Part shown: positions 22,398 through 31,139 of the stretch, piece after piece
Layout of the letters: every line of letters starts with the position of its first letter
Position numbering within the stretch: position 1 is the stretch's first letter
Sequence record: NC_042128.1
Reading direction: 5' to 3' (one strand)
Source: Escherichia phage RCS47
DNA length: 64,000 nt
The notes under the pieces: model-generated
What the model was told of the DNA's origin: nothing
Seen by the model: the letters and a program-made list of their open reading frames with translations, nothing else
Database searches by the model: none
Translations under genes and position numbers: made by a program

Positions 22398-22679
22398 ATG
22401 CCATCCCGGGAGGAACTGGTGCACCCGATAATTAAGGTCATGCTGGTGGGCGGTAAGGCGGACGGGCTGTTGGTCAGCGTCGCCGATGACGCGACCGAAG
22501 TCTCGGTGACGCCTGCGCAGTACGGTGCGCTATCCGGGCAATCGTTGAGCTACCGAATTGTTAGCCAAACCATTGACGATGAACGCTATTTTTTTGGCGT
22601 TTTCAGCGACGCCCATCAGGATAGCGATAAGCTGACGCGGGTCGCCCTGACCCGTGGAATGAAAAAAATGTTCTGTTAA
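22398..22679 (+). CDS. hypothetical small protein upstream of recF-like ATPase
   Basis: 93-aa ORF, no recognisable motif. Confidence 0.3.
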   Translation: MPSREELVHPIIKVMLVGGKADGLLVSVADDATEVSVTPAQYGALSGQSLSYRIVSQTIDDERYFFGVFSDAHQDSDKLTRVALTRGMKKMFC

Positions 22680-22765
22680 ACCCTGCCCGAAAGGGGGCGT
22701 AAGAGGGTATGCCGGGCGCCGCTGTGCTACTGTGGCAGCCTTCTATTTCCAGGGCCGGACGCATA

Positions 22766-23854
22766 ATGATTCAGTACATTCGTATTCAAAATTTTCGCTC
22801 AGTAAAGGATATCGCGCTGGAGCTCGGGCCGCTGAACATTGTCTTCGGCCCTAACGGCTGCGGTAAATCCAATATTTATAACGCCATCCACCTGCTGACC
22901 GCTGCCGCTGAGGGCAGGCTTTCGGGGTTTATCAGCGAAGAGGGCGGTCTGGAGAATATGATGTGGTCCGGGGAGCGTTCGCCCCTCGATCGTCACCCCC
23001 GCCGGCTGCAAATCGCCTGCCGGACCGACAGCTTCGATTATGAACTGCAGATAGGCTTCCCTGAAAAATTGCCCTATCCGACGCAATTCATGCTCGATCC
23101 TATCGTTAAAGAAGAGAATATCTGGCTGGCCGGCTACTCCCGCCGGCCTTCCTCCCGCGTACTGCAGCGCAAGAATCAGGCGGCGTTTCTCGTCGATGTC
23201 ACCGGGGAGAAAAGTACTTTCACCGAGAGTATTTATGAAAATGAGTCGGTGTTCGGTCAGCTTGGCGAGCCGCACCGTTTTCCCGAAGTATCGCGAGTGC
23301 GGGAGACGCTGCGCCGTTGGCGGTTTTATCATGAATTCGCGATTGGCCGTCATTCGCCACTGCGTCAGCCGGCCGTGGGTTACCGTTCGCCAGTCCTCGA
23401 CAGCGATGGCCAGAATCTCGCCGCCGCCTTTCAGACCATTGTCGAGATCGGCGCGGAGGAGATTTTGCATGAAATCCTTGCCGACGCCTTTCCCGGCTGC
23501 CAGTTTTATTGTGAAAACGAGCACTCGCGTTTCGCTCTGAAAATGCGTCGCGAAGGGATCCGCCGCCCGCTGCTGGCGGCGGAGATGTCCGACGGTACGC
23601 TGCGCTTTTTGTGCCTCGCCGTCGCGCTGCTCAGTCCGCGCCCGCCGGCGTTTCTGGCGATCAATGAACCGGAGAACAGCCTGCATCGCGACATGTTGCC
23701 CGCGCTGGCCCGGCTGATTATCGAGGCCTCGCGCTACAGCCAGATCTGGCTGACCAGCCACTCGGCGGAGCTGGCGGAGCTTATCGCCGCCGGGGCGCCT
23801 TGTCAGCGCTATGCGCTGGAGAATCGCGGCGGTGAGACGCGGATTGTCGAGTGA
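22766..23854 (+). CDS. RecF-like AAA family ATPase
   Basis: 362 aa from ATG 22766; MIQYIRIQNFRS, Walker A GPNGCGKSN, C-terminal LAINEPENSLH. Confidence 0.7.
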   Translation: MIQYIRIQNFRSVKDIALELGPLNIVFGPNGCGKSNIYNAIHLLTAAAEGRLSGFISEEGGLENMMWSGERSPLDRHPRRLQIACRTDSFDYELQIGFPEKLPYPTQFMLDPIVKEENIWLAGYSRRPSSRVLQRKNQAAFLVDVTGEKSTFTESIYENESVFGQLGEPHRFPEVSRVRETLRRWRFYHEFAIGRHSPLRQPAVGYRSPVLDSDGQNLAAAFQTIVEIGAEEILHEILADAFPGCQFYCENEHSRFALKMRREGIRRPLLAAEMSDGTLRFLCLAVALLSPRPPAFLAINEPENSLHRDMLPALARLIIEASRYSQIWLTSHSAELAELIAAGAPCQRYALENRGGETRIVE

Positions 23855-23884
23855 AGCCCGTCATCCCTGACGGGGGCGCTGGAG

Positions 23885-24763
23885 TCAGGCGGGGCTCTGC
23901 GTCTCTGCGGTCGGCAGCAGACGGTTGCCGCCGCGTAGGGTGACGAACGAGAGCAGGGTGAAGCTCAGGGTTATGCAGCCGAGGATCAGATAGGCCTGAT
24001 GGAAGCCGACGGTGTCGTACATCCGGCCCACCCAGGCGGAAAGCACCACCCCGGACAGCTGTTTTGACAGATTAAAACCGATCAGGAACAGGGTGGCCGA
24101 GAGGCGCGGGTTAAAGGCGGAAGAGATATATTTAAAAGTTCCCACCAGCAGGAAGGGGATCTCAAACATATGCAGCATCTTGAGGATCACCACCTCGACT
24201 GCCGATGAGGCGAAGGACGACCCGAGAATACGCACCGACATGATCATCCCCGCGGTCAGCAGGGCGTTTTTGGCGCCGATGCGGTTAACGATGGCCGGCG
24301 CGCAGAACATGATCAGCGCGTTGAGCAACTCGCCGCCGGTGGTGACGAAGCCAAACACTTCGGTACCGCGCTGCGGACTGGCGAAAAAGCTTTTGAAAAA
24401 GTTGGCGAACTGCTGGTCAAACACGTCGTAGACGCTGGCGACACCCACCACATAGACGATAAAGCCCCAGAAGCGCGGCATACGCAGCAGCTCTGCCGCC
24501 GTACGCAGCGAAAAGGCCTGGCGATTGGCGCCCAGCGCCTCGATAACCTGGGCGCTGTTGCTGCTTTCCGGCCGCGACAGCCAGAGCAGCAGACCGAGCA
24601 CCAGCGCAAAGCCGGAGGCGATCCAGAAGGTGATATTGGGATCGATGCCGAACAGCACGCCGGTTATCGAGGCGCATAGCGCCCAGCCGACGCAGCCTGC
24701 GACCCGCACTTTGCCATATTCAAAGCGGTTGGCCCGGCTGACGCGTTCGATATAAGCTTCCAC
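23885..24763 (-). pseudogene. lacY: lacY lactose permease, 5' end truncated by IS26
   Basis: C-terminal ~290 aa of an MFS permease colinear with LacY (...FEYGKVRVAGCVGWALCAS...); frame continues into IS26. Confidence 0.8.
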
Positions 24764-25583
24764 GGCACTGTTGCAAATAGTCGGTGGTGATAAACTTATC
24801 ATCCCCTTTTGCTGATGGAGCTGCACATGAACCCATTCAAAGGCCGGCATTTTCAGCGTGACATCATTCTGTGGGCCGTACGCTGGTACTGCAAATACGG
24901 CATCAGTTACCGTGAGCTGCAGGAGATGCTGGCTGAACGCGGAGTGAATGTCGATCACTCCACGATTTACCGCTGGGTTCAGCGTTATGCGCCTGAAATG
25001 GAAAAACGGCTGCGCTGGTACTGGCGTAACCCTTCCGATCTTTGCCCGTGGCACATGGATGAAACCTACGTGAAGGTCAATGGCCGCTGGGCGTATCTGT
25101 ACCGGGCCGTCGACAGCCGGGGCCGCACTGTCGATTTTTATCTCTCCTCCCGTCGTAACAGCAAAGCTGCATACCGGTTTCTGGGTAAAATCCTCAACAA
25201 CGTGAAGAAGTGGCAGATCCCGCGATTCATCAACACGGATAAAGCGCCCGCCTATGGTCGCGCGCTTGCTCTGCTCAAACGCGAAGGCCGGTGCCCGTCT
25301 GACGTTGAACACCGACAGATTAAGTACCGGAACAACGTGATTGAATGCGATCATGGCAAACTGAAACGGATAATCGGCGCCACGCTGGGATTTAAATCCA
25401 TGAAGACGGCTTACGCCACCATCAAAGGTATTGAGGTGATGCGTGCACTACGCAAAGGCCAGGCCTCAGCATTTTATTATGGTGATCCCCTGGGCGAAAT
25501 GCGCCTGGTAAGCAGAGTTTTTGAAATGTAAGGCCTTTGAATAAGACAAAAGGCTGCCTCATCGCTAACTTTGCAACAGTGCC
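24764..25583 (+). mobile_element. IS26 copy 2 (direct orientation)
   Basis: 820 bp with same terminal IRs and identical transposase ORF. Confidence 0.92.
24827..25531 (+). CDS. tnpA: IS26 transposase
   Basis: identical 234-aa product. Confidence 0.95.
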   Translation: MNPFKGRHFQRDIILWAVRWYCKYGISYRELQEMLAERGVNVDHSTIYRWVQRYAPEMEKRLRWYWRNPSDLCPWHMDETYVKVNGRWAYLYRAVDSRGRTVDFYLSSRRNSKAAYRFLGKILNNVKKWQIPRFINTDKAPAYGRALALLKREGRCPSDVEHRQIKYRNNVIECDHGKLKRIIGATLGFKSMKTAYATIKGIEVMRALRKGQASAFYYGDPLGEMRLVSRVFEM

Positions 25584-25816
25584 TGAAGGATGGCAAGAAA
25601 GTTGCTCGACGCGGGTGGAACGGCGAAAACCAATTCTGCTGGCTGGTTCCTGAAGGACAGTACCCGGCACGAATGGAAGCCATTAAGGGATATTTCCCCG
25701 GCGACCTCGTTCCGTATGGTGCTTATTTCGCCTTAAAAAATGCACAAGGTGTAGTTGTTCCGTGGGTTCCTTCTGTAGGCGACTTACTGGCATGTGACTG
25801 GTTTGTAGTGGAGTGA
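25584..25816 (+). pseudogene. 3' part of the interrupted phage gene; DUF2829/Tad2-like domain
   Basis: (K)DGKKVARRGWNGENQFCWLV...PWVPSVGDLLACDWFVVE, in frame with 15495-15946 after removal of the IS26 unit. Confidence 0.6.
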
Positions 25817-25822
25817 TTTAAC

Positions 25823-26605
25823 GTGGAAAATACTAAAGCAATTCAATACCGCCTGCGTAATGGCCAGAGTGTCGAAGTGACCATCAATAATGATGGAGTA
25901 CCTGGCGAAAAGGTTTCTATCTCTGATCTGGCTATCGAAAAAACCATCATGTGCCACCTTGGCTTTACTGAAGAAGTGAGCAAAAAGCATGGTGTAGCAA
26001 TCTGGAGCGCAATGGATACTGGTATGCGCAAATTCATTACTGCTCGTACCCCAGGGATGACCATGATGGACCTCATGCAGATTGCGCCGCTGTTTGAATG
26101 TGAGCCTTTAGATGTATTCAGCAATCCAGCTATCTGCCAGCAGTTATATGGTGAGATGAAACTCGCGGTTACCCCCATTGTGCTGCATGAAGGATCGCTT
26201 GCTGGCGTGTGGAAAGTAGAGCGTATTTCAAGCTACATGCCTTTCCATGTCAACGGCGTAATCACTGGTGAAAATCAACCTGTTTCCGTTATAAAGTCAG
26301 ACCTCAAGCGCGCAATTCTTGAAGCAAGTTGTCGAGTTGTCGGCCTGGGCAAACAGTCTTATGTTTCCTTCCCGGCTGGCCCTGAAGGCCCGGCAGAAAT
26401 TCTGATCATGGATGCCGATCTGCTATGGCAAATACAGTTTCTGATTGGCAAAAGCATCATCCGCGCTGAAGAACTCGATCAGTACATTACCTGCACGATG
26501 ACGGATGAAGTCAAAAGTGTAGCTATAGCCAATGCCCGGAACCTATGTCGTGCTGCATTAACAGAATTGCAAGAAAACACCACGGAAGAAGTGGAAAGCG
26601 ATTAA
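25823..26605 (+). CDS. hypothetical phage protein
   Basis: 260-aa ORF, GTG start after GGAG. Confidence 0.45.
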   Translation: MENTKAIQYRLRNGQSVEVTINNDGVPGEKVSISDLAIEKTIMCHLGFTEEVSKKHGVAIWSAMDTGMRKFITARTPGMTMMDLMQIAPLFECEPLDVFSNPAICQQLYGEMKLAVTPIVLHEGSLAGVWKVERISSYMPFHVNGVITGENQPVSVIKSDLKRAILEASCRVVGLGKQSYVSFPAGPEGPAEILIMDADLLWQIQFLIGKSIIRAEELDQYITCTMTDEVKSVAIANARNLCRAALTELQENTTEEVESD

Positions 26606-26616
26606 ATGTATTAGCT

Positions 26617-27800
26617 CAGACCTGATCTGACAGTTACCGGTTATTTATACAGGTATCTGTCAGATTACATCTGGCTTAAATTTTTCTCGGCCCAGATGCG
26701 TTTTCCATCAAGTAACGTTTCCATTGGCGTACGCCCACAGCACATTTTTCCCTGATGAGTTCGCTCATTATTGTAATGCCACAACCACTTGTCCAGATCC
26801 ATTTGCAGGCTTTCCAGGTTTGTATATAGCTTTTTACGGAACGTAACCTGATAAAACTCCTGCAAAATGGTCTTATGGAAGCGCTCGCAGATGCCGTTCG
26901 TCTGCGGAGACATCGCCTTCGTTTTCGTATGGTCAATGTCGTTGATAGCCAGATACAACTGATAATCATGCTGCTCAACTTTACCACAGTACTCTGTTCC
27001 CCTATCGGTCATGATTCTCAGCATCGGCAGCCCCTGAGACTCGTAGAACGGCAGTACACGATCATTGAGCAAATCAGCTGCGGTGATCGGCGTTTTACTC
27101 GTATATAGTTTGCAGTGTGCCACTTTCGAGTACGTATCCACGAACGTCTGCTGATAGATACGGCCAACACCTTTCAGGTTGCCCACGTAGAAGGTGTCCT
27201 GTGACCCCAGATACCCCGGATGTGCCGTTTCGATTTCACCGTTGGCCTCATCATCCTGGGCTTTCTTTTCTAGCGCTGCGATTTGAGCGTCAGTGAGTAC
27301 GATCCCTTCTCTGGCGACTTTTTCTTCAAGTGCTTTCAGACGTTTACGGAAGTTCTCCAGGTCGTGTCGTTGCCAGATGGAGCGTACGCCGCTGCCGGAG
27401 ATAAATACGCCTTTCTTACGCAGTTCATTACTGGTCCGGTGCTGCCCATGAGCCGGAAACTCAATTGCGTACTCAACAACTGCACGTTCAGTCGCTTCAT
27501 CGACACGGTTCTTTATGTTCGGGACTCTGCGGTTCTGATTAACCAAAGCATCAATACCGCCTTCCTCAGCCAGTTCCTGATAGCGGTAAAATGTGTCGCG
27601 TGACACCCCCATGATTTTACAGGCTTTTGATACGTTACCGAGTTCTTCGGCGAGGTTGAGCAGACCGACTTTGTGTTTGATGATGGGATTGTTAGTATGA
27701 AGCATGAGAGTTACCTCGTGTTTTGTATAAGGATTAGACACCCATATCAAAACCGGTAACTCTCAACCTTTCAAGGCTCAGTGTCAGATCAAGTCGCGAC
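26617..27800 (-). mobile_element. IS481-family insertion sequence (boundaries approximate)
   Basis: single transposase ORF flanked by imperfect inverted repeats containing TGATCTGACA and GTTACCGGTT. Confidence 0.6.
26665..27705 (-). CDS. IS481-family DDE transposase (HTH plus rve integrase core)
   Basis: 346 aa from ATG 27705 after GAGGT; C-terminal ...SPQTNGICERFHKTILQEFY... integrase-core signature. Confidence 0.7.
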   Translation of the reverse strand: MLHTNNPIIKHKVGLLNLAEELGNVSKACKIMGVSRDTFYRYQELAEEGGIDALVNQNRRVPNIKNRVDEATERAVVEYAIEFPAHGQHRTSNELRKKGVFISGSGVRSIWQRHDLENFRKRLKALEEKVAREGIVLTDAQIAALEKKAQDDEANGEIETAHPGYLGSQDTFYVGNLKGVGRIYQQTFVDTYSKVAHCKLYTSKTPITAADLLNDRVLPFYESQGLPMLRIMTDRGTEYCGKVEQHDYQLYLAINDIDHTKTKAMSPQTNGICERFHKTILQEFYQVTFRKKLYTNLESLQMDLDKWLWHYNNERTHQGKMCCGRTPMETLLDGKRIWAEKNLSQM

Positions 27801-27811
27801 TAATACAGATT

Positions 27812-27837
27812 AAAAAAATCCCGCCGATTGGCGGGAT
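27812..27837 (-). terminator. rho-independent terminator ending the dar operon
   Basis: ATCCCGCC-GATT-GGCGGGAT followed on the minus strand by T7. Confidence 0.6.
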
Positions 27838-27841
27838 TTCT

Positions 27842-28153
27842 TCAATATACGATCTGGTCTACATGATCACCAAAATCATCGTCGTCGTCGTCCTCATCGC
27901 CACCATCTACTGCTGGCCAATCAACAAACCAGCCAGCGTAAAGATGCAGCGTTCGGAGAACATCACTTGCGGGAGCATCAAGGGTGTTAACGAATCCCAT
28001 ATAGCTATTGGGATTTGCCCCAGCTATGGCTTCAGCGATCATGTCCTCGGTAATGTCACCGGAGATAATGCTTAAACGCCCGGAAACTTCTTCATTATCA
28101 TCAAATTCGATAATGGCATCTCCGCCTAATGGCGCTGCGATTTTAATCTGCAT
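27842..28153 (-). CDS. highly acidic small protein, last gene of dar operon
   Basis: 103 aa, overlaps ddrB stop; GGDEDDDDDDFGDH acidic tract. Confidence 0.5.
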   Translation of the reverse strand: MQIKIAAPLGGDAIIEFDDNEEVSGRLSIISGDITEDMIAEAIAGANPNSYMGFVNTLDAPASDVLRTLHLYAGWFVDWPAVDGGDEDDDDDDFGDHVDQIVY

Positions 28154-31130
28154 TATTTAGCTCCTTTGCCACACCTAATAACAGTTCCAGCAATCCGTCA
28201 CCATTCATCAGTGATGCGGCAGCGGCCTCTTTGTCATGATACAACTGAAGAGCCATAGAGAATACTTCCGTTGCTGACGTTTTGGAAATAGTCGGTGATT
28301 TCTGCCGAATTTTCCCTGAGTTACTCACTGAGACTGGCGGGTATACCTTCGCCATATAAATATTACTCAATCGAGATCTGAAGCACCATTCAGGCTTGCC
28401 ACGCCCACCGATATTGACGAAAGATGGCTTATCCCCTTCAACATTGGCCTTCAGGAATGACCGGGCTTTCTCTAACAAACCAGGGTTACTGTACTCAAGA
28501 TGATGACCCAGCTCGTGCCACAGTGCATTTGCATTTTCATCGTGCAAATCGACAGCAACAACACCATTAAGATTTGCATACGCCCTACCCTGGTGGTGAA
28601 CTACCTTTGATAAGGTCGATATTTTCCCGCCGGTCAGGCGATAAATATCAGCAAGTTCCTTGCGCAGGTCTATCCCACCATTCTGTCCAGCGCGGGCTTC
28701 TTCCACTTCTTCCGTGATAAAAGAGTCGGCCCACTCAAGAGCTTTTTCTTCTGATACAGATGAGTTGGCGATCGCACTGTTCATGGCAGATAACACTTTC
28801 TCGTAGACCGAATCCATACTTCGCTGATTCATTTGCCAGCGTGTCTGCGGGTTATATGAGAATCGCTTAAGTAGTTGGTCAAGCTGCTCAAGTTCTTCTT
28901 CACTGACATACTTTTTAGCCTCACCAATAATGCCAGGGAGAATATTGCCGTTAGGATTAAACGCTCGCGAAAGGAAGAGTTTCAGCGCCCCCATGCCCTC
29001 CGATGCTTCAATATCACCAATAACCCGGTTAACAATGGCCGCACTCTTCGGATTAGCATCCGCCAACGCTCTGGCTACGATTTGCAGGGACGATACGACC
29101 TCACGCTGCATATCAGTCCTGATCTCATCAATAAACTCTGGCGTTATGCCGTGCTCTTTAAGGATATCCCGGCCTTCCGCCGTTACCCCATCGATATCAC
29201 CGACATGTTTATTAACACGACTTTGCAATGCCTTAAATGCCTTCAGAATTCCACGGGAATCATCCGCTTTACTAACGGCCTTCCTGAATGCTGGCAAGAA
29301 GTCTGAGTTAACCTCATTTTGTTGATCGGCCCACTGAATGGAGGCTTCTTTCATCTCGTCCAGAGTCAGATCACCCAACGCGGTATGGTCTGTGAATATG
29401 AGCGACAACCTCTGAACCATTTCTGCCAATGGTGATGCCGAATGCGCCGCGCTAAGGAATGCTTTCACCCTGGTTGGGCGAATGGAAAACCAGTCAATAG
29501 CTGGTGGCATATCTCCGTTTTGTATCGCCTGCGCTATCTCATCAAAGCCATCGCGCCCAAGGGAAGATGCGTGATTTAACAATCCGCGAAGTAACGAATT
29601 GCTGATACCGAATAATCGGCACCATTTATTCACGTCGGCAACAGGCATTCGAACAAAATGCGCAAGCACTTGTACAAGCTGTTCATCCTGGGGATCTGTG
29701 CGGGAAAGCAGCCTGATCAGATGAATAATGTCTTTGATGCCGGATGCCCGATGTAATAGCAAACTGGTATACGGAGCAACACCGTTGTAACTACCGCCGG
29801 AAACGGACTCGAAAAGACCGCCGGATATCCCTTGCATGCCTTCGTTTTCCAGTTCCTGAGACACCTGGCGAAGGATATCCTGTAACGACACATCGCCGCC
29901 GCCAAACATATCCCCGAGCGCCTGGCCCTGGTGCTGTAACTCATCATTGATACGTTGCGCCATCAACTTAAAGGCGGTGGCCATACGCTTCGCGCTACGG
30001 TTATTCGCGACGATGAACAACGCGAGTGCTTTCACTTCCGGGGCCGTTTCGCTGAACATATCCCCCTGAGCAATAACATCGGTAATATGCTGGCCTAACT
30101 CCTTCGATTGCCTTACCAGGTCTACCGCATCTTTCAATGCCGCCAGCGCCTTTTTATCGAGGCTATCCGCTGTCTCAATGCCATCAACAATAGTTGTCAC
30201 AGCCTGCTTGTGCGCTTCTCCTGACAAAGCCTGCATCTGGACAAAATCATTGGCTGCCGCATTAAGCGCCGTCAGAACATTACGCATATCCGGATCAGGT
30301 TCTTCTGCAACCATCCTTACCAGGCGCGCATCCTTATATGCCTTGGCAAAGATCGCGTTTTGTATACGGTCTACAAGTTGCCGTGTTGGTCGCCCATCTT
30401 CAGTTACAAGGCCAGCCGCCTGTGTGGCACCAACTTGCGTCATAAATCCGCGAATAAACGTGTCATTACTGCGGCTAAGCAGATCTCCGCTTTCTGACGG
30501 GTTAAAAAGCGCCATCATCGCCGGTGTTATGCTGTCGGCATCAACAAAAGCCTTTTCACTGGCTGCCATTTCCTGAAGATCAGAAATATTTGAGTCCTTG
30601 GCAAACTGAACGCGGTCAACCTTAGTTAACCGGCGGCGCACCAGTACCGGAGCCGTCATTGATTCAACCTTTTCAGGTCGTATGCCGAATTCGGTCGCAT
30701 GATCAATCAGGTACTCACGATACCGATCCGCATTGCCGTCCTGATAGGCTTTAATGATCCCCATGGTCCGTCCATTACCTGACTCAACGGCATTGTCCTC
30801 ACCAATTATCGGCGCGCCATGGCTGGATAGACCGGAATCGGTAAGCTGAGCAGGCCGCAAATCCTTGGATATCTGGTTAACCTGAAGAAGGCTGGATGCG
30901 CGGGTCCGGTCGCGCGGTTGAAGTTCCTGGGGATAGTCAGGATTAATTTTCCCATCCAGAGTATTGGATACCAAAAGAGCTGAGGCATCGACGATATCAA
31001 ACGCTGTTTTTACCTCGTCTCCCTTCGCTGTCACCACATACGAAACCCGCCCATAATCGGGCAGGTTCTTTAGCAGCTCGATCAGCGTTTCTATGCTGGT
31101 GGCCATTACCACCTGATCGCTTAAGCTCAT
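28143..31130 (-). CDS. DdrB-like antirestriction accessory protein
   Basis: 995-aa ORF with ATG start; position downstream of darA/ddrA as in P1. Confidence 0.55.
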   Translation of the reverse strand: MSLSDQVVMATSIETLIELLKNLPDYGRVSYVVTAKGDEVKTAFDIVDASALLVSNTLDGKINPDYPQELQPRDRTRASSLLQVNQISKDLRPAQLTDSGLSSHGAPIIGEDNAVESGNGRTMGIIKAYQDGNADRYREYLIDHATEFGIRPEKVESMTAPVLVRRRLTKVDRVQFAKDSNISDLQEMAASEKAFVDADSITPAMMALFNPSESGDLLSRSNDTFIRGFMTQVGATQAAGLVTEDGRPTRQLVDRIQNAIFAKAYKDARLVRMVAEEPDPDMRNVLTALNAAANDFVQMQALSGEAHKQAVTTIVDGIETADSLDKKALAALKDAVDLVRQSKELGQHITDVIAQGDMFSETAPEVKALALFIVANNRSAKRMATAFKLMAQRINDELQHQGQALGDMFGGGDVSLQDILRQVSQELENEGMQGISGGLFESVSGGSYNGVAPYTSLLLHRASGIKDIIHLIRLLSRTDPQDEQLVQVLAHFVRMPVADVNKWCRLFGISNSLLRGLLNHASSLGRDGFDEIAQAIQNGDMPPAIDWFSIRPTRVKAFLSAAHSASPLAEMVQRLSLIFTDHTALGDLTLDEMKEASIQWADQQNEVNSDFLPAFRKAVSKADDSRGILKAFKALQSRVNKHVGDIDGVTAEGRDILKEHGITPEFIDEIRTDMQREVVSSLQIVARALADANPKSAAIVNRVIGDIEASEGMGALKLFLSRAFNPNGNILPGIIGEAKKYVSEEELEQLDQLLKRFSYNPQTRWQMNQRSMDSVYEKVLSAMNSAIANSSVSEEKALEWADSFITEEVEEARAGQNGGIDLRKELADIYRLTGGKISTLSKVVHHQGRAYANLNGVVAVDLHDENANALWHELGHHLEYSNPGLLEKARSFLKANVEGDKPSFVNIGGRGKPEWCFRSRLSNIYMAKVYPPVSVSNSGKIRQKSPTISKTSATEVFSMALQLYHDKEAAAASLMNGDGLLELLLGVAKELNNAD

Positions 31131-31139
31131 CCCTGTTAC

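Noticed and set aside
22799-23761. 320-aa minus-strand ORF
   Set aside because: Lies entirely antisense to the recF-like ATPase gene, which has the clear Walker A motif; no independent support.
22766-23854. RecF-like ATPase as a novel phage defence system
   Set aside because: It sits inside the IS26-bounded chromosomal cargo rather than the phage backbone, so it is better explained as a passenger gene; kept only as a low-interest finding.
24764-25354. N-terminal 200 aa of the 489-aa minus-strand ORF
   Set aside because: Read-through from IS26 antisense sequence into the truncated lacY; only the lacY-derived part (23885-24763) is real coding sequence.
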